Shown piece by piece: positions 1-6,573 of a stretch of 25,478 nucleotides of DNA. The position numbers and the translations under genes are program-made. The DNA comes from a virus (taxonomy: Duplodnaviria > Caudoviricetes): the IMG/VR virus record IMGVR_UViG_3300020045_003265, positions 1 to 25,478 of that record; one strand, written 5' to 3'. The notes under the pieces were generated by a model. That model was not told the DNA's origin. It saw only the letters and a program-made list of their open reading frames with translations, and ran no database searches. Each line of letters begins with the position of its first letter. The stretch's first letter is position 1.

Positions 1-104
1 GTCCCGTCAGGTAAGTGACGATCTGCCACGATTACCTTGCCAGCAGCTTCCCATAGGATCGGTGGCTTCACATGCTGCCACTTCATTGTACCATCGTTCT
101 GCAT
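1..104 (-). CDS. hypothetical protein, N-terminal part (runs off the window)
   Basis: ATG at 104 preceded by AAAGGAAA SD; open frame MQNDGTMKWQHVKPPILWEAAGKVIVADRHLPDG to the window edge. Confidence 0.6.
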   Translation of the reverse strand, partial: MQNDGTMKWQHVKPPILWEAAGKVIVADRHLPDG

Positions 105-154
105 ATTAGTTTCCTTTAAAGAAGGCACCAAGTTATGATGCCTTTGTTGTTTAA

Positions 155-721
155 TTAAGCAAGAGTGCTTTCACGGTATTCTAGCATAGCCTCAAAGCGT
201 TCAATGATCTCAGGAGCATCCAAATGAATTTCTGCTCCTTCTAGGCATGTAAGAATCTCTTCTTCGCTTAGAAATCCAGTATAGCACAGACGGAATGACT
301 TCTCAAGCTGCTTCACAAGGTGCAGTGTAGCTTTCATCCCGTCGTTCATCTTAGACATTGGCATACTTGTTGAAGCATGATGTACAAGCATGGTTCCTAA
401 AGGAAGTACGTATAGTCCATCGCAGGAGAGTGCAAGCATACTACCACAGGAGTTTGCATTACCTGTAATAATAGCAACAGTACGTGCTTGTGTTTGTTGA
501 ATGCCTGCAAGGATGCTCAAGAAGGCATCATAACTACCTCCATTAGAGTTAATGCAGAACTCAACAGTATCTTCTTCTTGTGCTTCAACTAAAGTTGTGT
601 AAATACTATCGTAATCCTCAACAGCACCAAAGTCTTGGCTAATCATTACTCTAAAGTGGTTGCTTGTACGTTGTGAGCACGTAATCATTGGCTCATTTGG
701 TAGGTCTAGTTGTTCTTGCAT
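155..721 (-). CDS. ClpP-like (peptidase S14-type) serine protease
   Basis: INSNGG motif, nucleophile region ANSCGS and MLVHH His motif match the ClpP fold; adjacent to phoH. Confidence 0.8.
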   Translation of the reverse strand: MQEQLDLPNEPMITCSQRTSNHFRVMISQDFGAVEDYDSIYTTLVEAQEEDTVEFCINSNGGSYDAFLSILAGIQQTQARTVAIITGNANSCGSMLALSCDGLYVLPLGTMLVHHASTSMPMSKMNDGMKATLHLVKQLEKSFRLCYTGFLSEEEILTCLEGAEIHLDAPEIIERFEAMLEYRESTLA

Positions 722-1501
722 TTATCGTCCTTTTTTAAATTGTGAATTTACTTCTGTTGTACTAACAATACTGTCTAGTGAGTTACCTAGTTTCTGCTCT
801 TTGTCAAAAGCCAGAACAAACGACTTAGTGATACCACTACGGCAAATATCCTCTGGTGTAAACGTGATGAATTCTACATCAGGAATCTCGTAGCGCTGTG
901 TGATCTTCTCTAAGTACGTTAAACCATCCATTCCAGTACGCACATCACTTTGTAAGCCTGAATTATCACCACAAAGAATCATTTGGGAGTCATCACCAAG
1001 TCGGGTTGTTAGTGCTTGAATCTCTGGAACAAACAAGCTTTGGCTTTCGTCTATAATCACAATAGACTTAGACCATGAACGCCCACGAATAGTCTCCAAC
1101 GAGCAAATCTCAATTGATTTATTCTTCAAGTGAATCTCTACTGTTGATTTACCCATGAAATCCTCTAGGTAATCAATCATTTGCTGGTAGTAAGGCATTA
1201 ATTTTTCGTCCGCACTGCCAGGAATAAAACCAATAGTACGTCCAGCAAGAGGCTGATAAGCACGAATCAGAATGATTTTATCAATGTCTTTGTAGTAAAG
1301 CTTCTTAGAAGCATGATAACAAGCAAGATAAGTTTTACCTGTACCAGCTGACCCTTGAGCTACAACTACAGTGCTGTACTTTAGTGCTTCAAGCATCTGT
1401 GCTTGGTTCTCATTCTTAGGCAGCAAAGCAGGAAACTGATTATTCCTCTGGAACTTTTCTTTTTGGACACGATCACTAGCTGTTTTTTGATTACGCTTCA
1501 T
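722..1501 (-). CDS. phoH: PhoH-family ATPase
   Basis: Walker A GSAGTGKT, IGFIPG, IRGRS, Walker B IIDESQ, TRLG, GD..QSD and ICRSG are PhoH signatures; AAAGGAAA SD. Confidence 0.93.
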   Translation of the reverse strand: MKRNQKTASDRVQKEKFQRNNQFPALLPKNENQAQMLEALKYSTVVVAQGSAGTGKTYLACYHASKKLYYKDIDKIILIRAYQPLAGRTIGFIPGSADEKLMPYYQQMIDYLEDFMGKSTVEIHLKNKSIEICSLETIRGRSWSKSIVIIDESQSLFVPEIQALTTRLGDDSQMILCGDNSGLQSDVRTGMDGLTYLEKITQRYEIPDVEFITFTPEDICRSGITKSFVLAFDKEQKLGNSLDSIVSTTEVNSQFKKGR

Positions 1502-1510
1502 AGTTTCCTT

Positions 1511-1744
1511 TCAGTGGTTAGAATTATTTATTACTCTTTTGGCAAGTCTGTCTGTTCTATGCTCCTTACTTTCAAACACAGGTAGATATTGCTCATACTT
1601 TGGTGGAATAAAACCACTATCATCAAGTAATTTTCTGAGTTTATCACTTAGTTCATACTGTTTATTCTCTTTAGCTTCTTTATATAAATCTACAATAAGA
1701 GACATCTCAGTAAACTCTTGAATTGTCGGGTTGTAAGTATTCAT
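1511..1744 (-). CDS. small protein resembling the C-terminal helical domain of cysteinyl-tRNA synthetase
   Basis: YKEAKENKQYELSDKLRKLLDDSGF resembles the CysRS R..AR..KD...AD.IR..L...GI pattern; ATGA overlap with the upstream gene. Confidence 0.55.
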   Translation of the reverse strand: MNTYNPTIQEFTEMSLIVDLYKEAKENKQYELSDKLRKLLDDSGFIPPKYEQYLPVFESKEHRTDRLAKRVINNSNH

Positions 1745-2289
1745 TGTTGTTCTTGGAATTTCTTTTTAGCATCCTCCAATGAAATCGGTGTGTAATTGAT
1801 ATTCTCTACACTTAAACACAAGTATCTAGTATCTTTAACAAAACTACCGCCATTAGGTCCAAGTGTTTTCTTGTACATCATAACTGATCGGCTATGTAGA
1901 TGCCCGTGAAAATTGCCACTCCAACGCTCAATACTACAAGGATGAACAGGTATGTGGCTTAGTAAGAAGCTATCAATCACTTTGTAAGCATTAACACTTT
2001 TGAAATGCTCTAGGTACTCACTAGGTCGATGCACATCATGATTACCCTGTACCAGTATCTTAGTACCGTTTAAACGGCTTAAAACAGGCAATGCTGAACG
2101 GTTAATAACAACATCACCTAAGTGGTACACAGTGTCCTTCGTACGCACTACAGAGTTCCAGTTGTTTACAAGTGCTTCGTCCATTTCTTCTGTGTTGTCC
2201 CAAGGACGTTCTTTTGTTCCATCTTCACGTAGGAACTTTACAATGCCTTTATGTGATATGTGAGTATCTGCTATTAGGAATGTATTCAT
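1741..2289 (-). CDS. calcineurin-like metallophosphoesterase
   Basis: DTH, YHLGD, GNHD, SH and HGHLH motifs. Confidence 0.92.
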   Translation of the reverse strand: MNTFLIADTHISHKGIVKFLREDGTKERPWDNTEEMDEALVNNWNSVVRTKDTVYHLGDVVINRSALPVLSRLNGTKILVQGNHDVHRPSEYLEHFKSVNAYKVIDSFLLSHIPVHPCSIERWSGNFHGHLHSRSVMMYKKTLGPNGGSFVKDTRYLCLSVENINYTPISLEDAKKKFQEQQ

Positions 2290-2291
2290 AT

Positions 2292-2549
2292 TTATCCTGC
2301 TCTAACTAAATTGTAATGATCATATACAAATGTCCTACCCTTCTGTGTAAGCTTACCTCTCTTGTCAACCAAAAGCATAACCTCCATGATATAACTAATA
2401 GTAGAACCACAATGATAACCAACAGCTTTCTTCATTACGCTTGAAGCAAGCAAATTACGATAGTCATTGCGTTGACCAAAGTTAGTGCCTAAGAAAGCAA
2501 TTTGAATGTCATGATCACTGACAATTAGTTCGTCTGGTTTATTAGTCAT
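2292..2549 (-). CDS. hypothetical protein, possibly winged-helix-like
   Basis: Packed in the operon; ATG at 2549 (MTNKP) overlaps the upstream stop and is preferred over 2573; C-terminal LVDKRGKLTQKGR. Confidence 0.6.
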   Translation of the reverse strand: MTNKPDELIVSDHDIQIAFLGTNFGQRNDYRNLLASSVMKKAVGYHCGSTISYIMEVMLLVDKRGKLTQKGRTFVYDHYNLVRAG

Positions 2550-2797
2550 TATGTGTATTTCTCGCGTAGACATTGGTTTTCTTCTTCTAGAGCATCGTAG
2601 TCAACCTTGAGTGCATCAAACCAGTCAGATAAATCTCTGTTTGCTAAGAGCAAAGCGTCTATTTCATTCTTTTTGTTATCACAGTCTTGTTGACACTTGA
2701 CTAAAGCACTATGTAGCTCAAGTATTTCATAGTACATAACTGTTTCACACATTCGATCTTCCCAAGGCTTAACAGGTGGATGTGTAAGTTCCTTCAT
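2549..2797 (-). CDS. hypothetical coiled-coil protein
   Basis: ATGA overlap with the upstream gene; AAAGGTAG SD; heptad-like C-terminus. Confidence 0.65.
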   Translation of the reverse strand: MKELTHPPVKPWEDRMCETVMYYEILELHSALVKCQQDCDNKKNEIDALLLANRDLSDWFDALKVDYDALEEENQCLREKYT

Positions 2798-3168
2798 TTG
2801 CTACCTTTATTTGCAACAGCTTCATCAAAGAAATCCTTTGTTACTAACACAAGAGGATTGCCAAGCATCATGACTTTTAACTTATCTTGGTGCGGCTTGT
2901 CTAGTACCAGGCCCAGCGATACTCCATACGAGTTAAGATTAGCAGTACTGCATGAACAAGATGCACCTGTTACATAGCAAGGAACACCATGTACTTCTTT
3001 TGGTTTGATGCGGTAATGATAACCCGCAACACCATTAGATAGTGTGTATAGCACTTTGTTGTACGAAGTATCAATGTACTCCAAACCACAAAGAGACACT
3101 TGAATAGCCTCTTTATCAAGCATCCATTTAAGCACTTCAGAATCTGTACTGTTTAGTTTGTTGTTCAT
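2794..3168 (-). CDS. hypothetical protein
   Basis: Start reassigned to ATG 3168 (AAAGGGTAAACTT-ATG), downstream of the promoter at 3197-3225. Confidence 0.65.
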   Translation of the reverse strand: MNNKLNSTDSEVLKWMLDKEAIQVSLCGLEYIDTSYNKVLYTLSNGVAGYHYRIKPKEVHGVPCYVTGASCSCSTANLNSYGVSLGLVLDKPHQDKLKVMMLGNPLVLVTKDFFDEAVANKGSK

Positions 3169-3196
3169 AAGTTTACCCTTTAAGTTTGTATAGATG

Positions 3197-3225
3197 TAGT
3201 TTAGCACAAGAAAGCTCAGTGTTCA
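3197..3225 (-). promoter_or_regulatory. sigma70-type promoter
   Basis: TTGAAC-17 nt-TAAACT with TG extended -10 on the minus strand. Confidence 0.6.
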
Positions 3226-3248
3226 AGCTAATTATAGCTTTGTTAATC

Positions 3249-3449
3249 TTATTTCTGTTTCTCCTGTTGTTCTTTGAATGTTAATTTCATTTCAAGCCTG
3301 CACATAGTAAGATTGAAGTCTGACAAAATGTAACCAAGTGTACAAATACTGACTAAACTGTCTAGAAGCATAGCTAGACCTCTTGTGTGATTAAGTAAGT
3401 ACAACTTTAAATTGATGTACTTATGCTTGTTAAGCTGGAAGTGTTTCAT
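3249..3449 (-). CDS. hypothetical protein
   Basis: AAGGATAA SD before ATG; 66 aa. Confidence 0.6.
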   Translation of the reverse strand: MKHFQLNKHKYINLKLYLLNHTRGLAMLLDSLVSICTLGYILSDFNLTMCRLEMKLTFKEQQEKQK

Positions 3450-3606
3450 TTATCCTTCTTACCTGTACCGTTACAGCAGGAGCATTTAGGTGATCCTTTG
3501 CATCGTAGTACCCACTACCATTGCACGCTGAACACTTTTGTTCGGTGAGTTGTTTATGTGTTTTCCACTCAAGTAGTGATTTGCGCATTTCTTTGTTAAG
3601 TTTCAC
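3446..3606 (-). CDS. small DnaJ-type zinc-finger (2x CxxCxGxG) protein, split by a -1 frameshift
   Basis: GTG start 3606 after AAAAGGAA; CSACNGSG in frame 0 and CSCCNGTG in the -1 frame after GCAAAGGA (3497-3499); the -1 frame stop overlaps the next ATG. Confidence 0.7.
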
Positions 3607-3652
3607 TTGTGTTCCTTTTAAGTTTGTTAAGACACTAAACTGTACCACACTT

Positions 3653-3799
3653 TGTAAGCCACCTATGTAAACAGTAAAGAACTTAGTAATGCCTTTAAAC
3701 GCTCTACAATCGATTTAAAGCTATCTAAGCCACATTGGTATGTCTTGTAGTGCTTAAAGCTGCTGTAGGCTGTTCTAGAGCGTTCTAGGTGGCTTTACA
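3653..3799. repeat. 10-bp-phased TA/GC periodic DNA bounded by an imperfect 13/14-bp inverted repeat
   Basis: TA steps at 3696, 3705, 3716, 3726, 3755, 3766, 3776, 3786, 3796; TGTAAGCCACCTA (3653-3665) vs TAGGTGGCTTTACA (3786-3799). Confidence 0.6.
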
Positions 3800-3891
3800 G
3801 AGGCTGTCTTTAGTTGGTTGCTATAGCAGTGATGATTTAGCTGCCTGTTTAAGTTATTTTAACAAAGTACAAAAGAAAGCTAACAAAACGC

Positions 3892-3920
3892 TTGACACTG
3901 GTACTTCAGCGTGATACCAT
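3892..3920 (+). promoter_or_regulatory. sigma70-type promoter driving non-coding element copy A
   Basis: TTGACA-17 nt-TACCAT with TG extended -10. Confidence 0.8.
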
Positions 3921-3926
3921 CTACGT

Positions 3927-4290
3927 ATGGGTATGTAAAGGTCTAGGCAATGGAGTAGTTCGTTGTACACATGTGGTTCATAACTCTCCACAGGCTTACG
4001 AGTAATCATTACACGAGCGCTAAACTCTCGGATAATCCCAGCTAACAAATGCTGTAGCACAAAACTACAGTCTACCGAATGCAAAGGAGTTCACTACGGC
4101 ATAACCTTCGGGTTCCTGTTGTGAATGGAACGGTAGCAGGAACCTCAGAGAACATTGTTCTTAGGAAACTGAAGTCTTAACCCATTAAGGAACAAGGCAG
4201 AACTAATCTGTTGCTTGACCTCTAAAGGGATTTCTGACTTCTGATTTTCCTAGAGAATATATTTAATACCTAAGTAATTAGTAATACTAT
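3927..4290 (+). ncRNA. putative structured ncRNA or origin-associated transcript, copy A
   Basis: Begins ATGGGTA 7 nt after the -10; shares ACGAGTAATCATT, a CTAAA-loop hairpin, TAATCCCA, CAGTCT..AAAGG..GGCAT and GTAATTAGTAA with the copy at 23940-24315; no conserved ORF; 3' end uncertain. Confidence 0.65.
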
Positions 4291-4370
4291 AGTAGTTAAC
4301 TTAGTAATCATAAGATTAAAGAAAGAATAAACAAATGAAAGAAGATATAAAGAGAAGTTATAAGGATAAG

Positions 4371-4493
4371 ATGTACTATTTAGTGTTGTTAGCTCTTACA
4401 TTTACTCTTAACTTTATCACTGGATTACTAACAGCAGTTGGGATAGTTTTTGTCATGTTAACGTTACTTGGTTACGTTACTTTTAAAGTATGA
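4371..4493 (+). CDS. 40-aa hydrophobic membrane peptide (not in the ORF track)
   Basis: TAAGGATAAG-ATG; MYYLVLLALTFTLNFITGLLTAVGIVFVMLTLLGYVTFKV; TGA overlaps the ATG of the next gene. Confidence 0.7.
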   Translation: MYYLVLLALTFTLNFITGLLTAVGIVFVMLTLLGYVTFKV

Positions 4494-4990
4494 CTAAACC
4501 ACAGGTTAAACACAACCACAAAGACTTCATCACGTATGACCCTGTACAGGGTAGTTTCATGCTAAAGAAAGAAGGTTGTGAACTCAGAGAGGTTTATCCT
4601 AATGACAACGGATACATCCTTTATGGACATGAGAAGAAGCTAAGGTATGTGAGAGCTTGTGTAATTGCTTATGAGATATTTAACTCATGTGTTATTCCAA
4701 GTAATCACAAGATACTCTTTAAAGATTTAGATATGACTAACTTAAAAGCTAATAACTTAGGCTTAGTCAGTGCTGAAGAGTACAAAGAAGCTACTCAAGC
4801 ACTAAGGAACTTATCTAACATAAAGCTAAAGCCCCACCCACATGATAAGCATAGTTATATCTTGACATACAATGAGAACGGTATGCGTGTACGCAAAGTA
4901 ATCTTTGATGTTGTTGTAGCAAAGAGAGAGCTTATAAAACTGAAGGTTAAGTTTACTAAAGTAGTATCTAAGTATTTCTATTTGGACTAA
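4490..4990 (+). CDS. degenerate HNH-endonuclease-like protein
   Basis: YDPVQGSF, NGY, RACVIAYEI and ILFKDLDMTNLKANNL align with phage HNH_3 motifs (YD..TG.F, AHRl.w, IDHkDG..lNN...NL), but the His residues are absent. Confidence 0.65.
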   Translation: MTKPQVKHNHKDFITYDPVQGSFMLKKEGCELREVYPNDNGYILYGHEKKLRYVRACVIAYEIFNSCVIPSNHKILFKDLDMTNLKANNLGLVSAEEYKEATQALRNLSNIKLKPHPHDKHSYILTYNENGMRVRKVIFDVVVAKRELIKLKVKFTKVVSKYFYLD

Positions 4991-5017
4991 GCTGAAGTAC
5001 AAGCTATTGTTTGTGTA

Positions 5018-5046
5018 TTGCTATTTTGTGTAAGTAATGATATAAT
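5018..5046 (+). promoter_or_regulatory. sigma70-type promoter for the tRNA/ncRNA cluster
   Basis: TTGCTA-17 nt-TATAAT with TG extended -10; 10-bp inverted repeat at 5010-5019/5044-5053. Confidence 0.8.
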
Positions 5047-5073
5047 ACACAAATGAAATAAGAGATTAAGATA

Positions 5074-5251
5074 TAATCAGCGGTGTGGAAGGACACACTA
5101 AGCAAGGATGATGCAACGGAGTTTAGGGTGCTTAACCTACCTGAAGTCAACATAAGAGGTTTAACCGACTCGTTAAAAATGGGTGCATCTGTCTGGTAGG
5201 TAGTTGCATAGCCAATATGCAATAAACTGGTATCAAGCCCAGTCTGATTAC
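5074..5251 (+). ncRNA. tRNA-like RNA with a large structured insert replacing the anticodon arm
   Basis: 7-bp acceptor TAATCAG/CTGATTA; D-like arm GTGT-GGAAGG-ACAC; T-like arm ACTGG-TATCAAGC-CCAGT; about 128-nt paired insert. Confidence 0.65.
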
Positions 5252-5375
5252 ATTTTATAGAAAAACAGAGCTTGCACTTTGTTATACTGATTGGCTCTGC
5301 GGAATATCGTGTTGAAACCACCTTGCAGGTAAATGTTCTTAAAACGGAAAAACGTGTAGAAAGTGAGTTAATGAA

Positions 5376-5642
5376 ATGAGTAAATTCAAACGGGAAGACC
5401 GCTACCTTGTCATTAAACGTAGCGACGTTCCGCATCTGCCAGCGGAAGAGCAAAGAAGCCTTGCGTATATTGCAGGCCTCATCGAAGAGAACCGATTGAT
5501 ACGTGGCAAATTGCCTGTGGAATGTGTTGTGGTGGAGAGAGACTGGCCTGAGTACGAAGTCGTCTTCAAGATGATCGAAGCGCGGGTGAATGGAAGCACT
5601 GAATTCCACACGGACCATGACAAGCCAACTTCCACACCTTAA
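5376..5642 (+). CDS. hypothetical phage protein
   Basis: 88-aa ORF, visibly more GC-rich than its flanks; GAG SD; lies inside the RNA cluster. Confidence 0.7.
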   Translation: MSKFKREDRYLVIKRSDVPHLPAEEQRSLAYIAGLIEENRLIRGKLPVECVVVERDWPEYEVVFKMIEARVNGSTEFHTDHDKPTSTP

Positions 5643-5644
5643 TA

Positions 5645-5738
5645 CGGTGAGCCTACTTATTCTGTAGCACTTGCTTTATTAATATGGTGAGTAGGGTCTA
5701 GCAATGGACGGTAGCTACACTGGAATATAGTAACCAGT
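5645..5738 (+). ncRNA. putative pseudoknotted small RNA
   Basis: CCTACTTATT/GGTGAGTAGG stem; TGTAGC/GCTACA pseudoknot; GTCTA-GCAA-TGGAC GNRA hairpin; terminal ACTGG/CCAGT hairpin. Confidence 0.5.
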
Positions 5739-5747
5739 ACAAATTAA

Positions 5748-5825
5748 GTGCCTATAGCTCAGTGGATTTAGAGCAGCAGGTTTCTACCCTGTAGGTCGGC
5801 AGTTCGAGTCTGTCTAGGCATACCA
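5748..5825 (+). tRNA. tRNA-Arg (anticodon TCT)
   Basis: Cloverleaf: GTGCCTA/TAGGCAT acceptor, GCTC/GAGC D stem, GCAGG/CCTGT stem with loop TT-TCT-AC, GGCAG-TTCGAGT-CTGTC T arm, encoded CCA. Confidence 0.95.
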
Positions 5826-5867
5826 AACAAGACCATAACTAAAATAATAAGAACAAAAGAATTTCCA

Positions 5868-6098
5868 ATGACTAAACCAACCGCCCAACCAGCTAAATAT
5901 TGCAAGCAATGTAATACACCACTGAAGTACGCTAAACAGCGTAAAAACTTAATCTGTAGAGAGTGCAATGACAAAGCATACGAGCTTAATTCATTCAGTG
6001 TGTATGACATTGAAGCTGATCTAGAAGTGCTTGTTAATCCAAGCGGGAAGACAAGAGTACATGACTATGATACTATCAGTGGGTACAAGGAAGATTAA
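5868..6098 (+). CDS. small zinc-ribbon-like hypothetical protein
   Basis: CKQC...CREC pair; 76 aa. Confidence 0.6.
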   Translation: MTKPTAQPAKYCKQCNTPLKYAKQRKNLICRECNDKAYELNSFSVYDIEADLEVLVNPSGKTRVHDYDTISGYKED

Positions 6099-6140
6099 GT
6101 AGTTTGTTAAGTAAGTCCTAAGCAAGACAGTAAACTGCTA

Positions 6141-6239
6141 GAGCTACCTTAGTTTAAGCTGGCAAAACATCAAGCCTAAAGGTAGAACCTAAGTCTTTAC
6201 TTAGAGTGCAAGTTCAATTCTTGCAGGTAGCTCGCACCA
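6141..6239 (+). tRNA. atypical class II tRNA-like gene (possible tRNA-Leu(TAA) pseudogene)
   Basis: 9-bp GAGCTACCT/AGGTAGCTC acceptor; GTTT/AAAC D stem; GCAAG-TTCAATT-CTTGC T arm; long variable hairpin CTAAGT/ACTTAG; anticodon stem TCAAG/GTAGA has 2 mismatches; 3' end GCACCA. Confidence 0.65.
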
Positions 6240-6248
6240 AATAAATCA

Positions 6249-6342
6249 ACAAGCATTTGCCATGAGTTATCCTGAAGTAAGCAGTAGTGCTAAGAGCTAC
6301 TAGGCTGCTTTATGGGTTATTACTTGTGGTGTTTTGCTTGCT
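6249..6342 (+). repeat. long imperfect hairpin (about 95 nt)
   Basis: Nested pairings CAAGCA/TGCTTG, GCCATGAGT/ACTTGTGGT, AGTAG/CTACT. Confidence 0.55.
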
Positions 6343-6345
6343 GGT

Positions 6346-6481
6346 AAAGGTCGGCACAACTGTGTTGCACCTTAGAATCGTTTGTACGAACACAAGTATA
6401 GGCTAGTCCCGCTTGTTGAGACAACGGCGAAGCCTTTGGCTTGCCTGAGTCGGATCATACAAAGCTGGAGCCGTAACCAGC
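6346..6481 (+). ncRNA. putative structured small RNA
   Basis: AAGGT/ACCTT hairpin; TTTGTACGA/TCATACAAA closing stem; AGGC/GCCT and GGC-GAA-GCC stems; terminal GCTGG-AGCCGTAA-CCAGC hairpin resembling 5719-5738. Confidence 0.5.
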
Positions 6482-6573
6482 AATAACACAAAAACATATC
6501 ACGACAATACAAATGTATTGCGACAGATCACGACATATTAATTTAATACATAGATGTTATCTAAGATGATGTT

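Noticed and set aside
3927-4040. c-di-GMP or other known riboswitch
   Set aside because: Only the CTAA loop is reminiscent; the GNRA/receptor and other consensus elements are missing
3854-4084. 76-aa minus-strand ORF
   Set aside because: Antisense to the promoter and RNA element; no SD; no counterpart in copy B
5074-5251. tmRNA or group I intron-containing tRNA
   Set aside because: No G3-U70 Ala acceptor or tag ORF; insert too short and lacks recognisable group I core motifs
5004-5635. 204-aa and 77-aa minus-strand ORFs
   Set aside because: Shadows of the plus-strand gene, tRNA-like RNA and promoter
5768-6010. 80-aa minus-strand ORF
   Set aside because: Antisense to tRNA-Arg and the zinc-ribbon gene
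6170-6190. Amber suppressor (CTA) reading of the atypical tRNA and genetic recoding
   Set aside because: CTA is not centred in a plausible anticodon loop, and genes read intact in the standard code with TAG used as a stop
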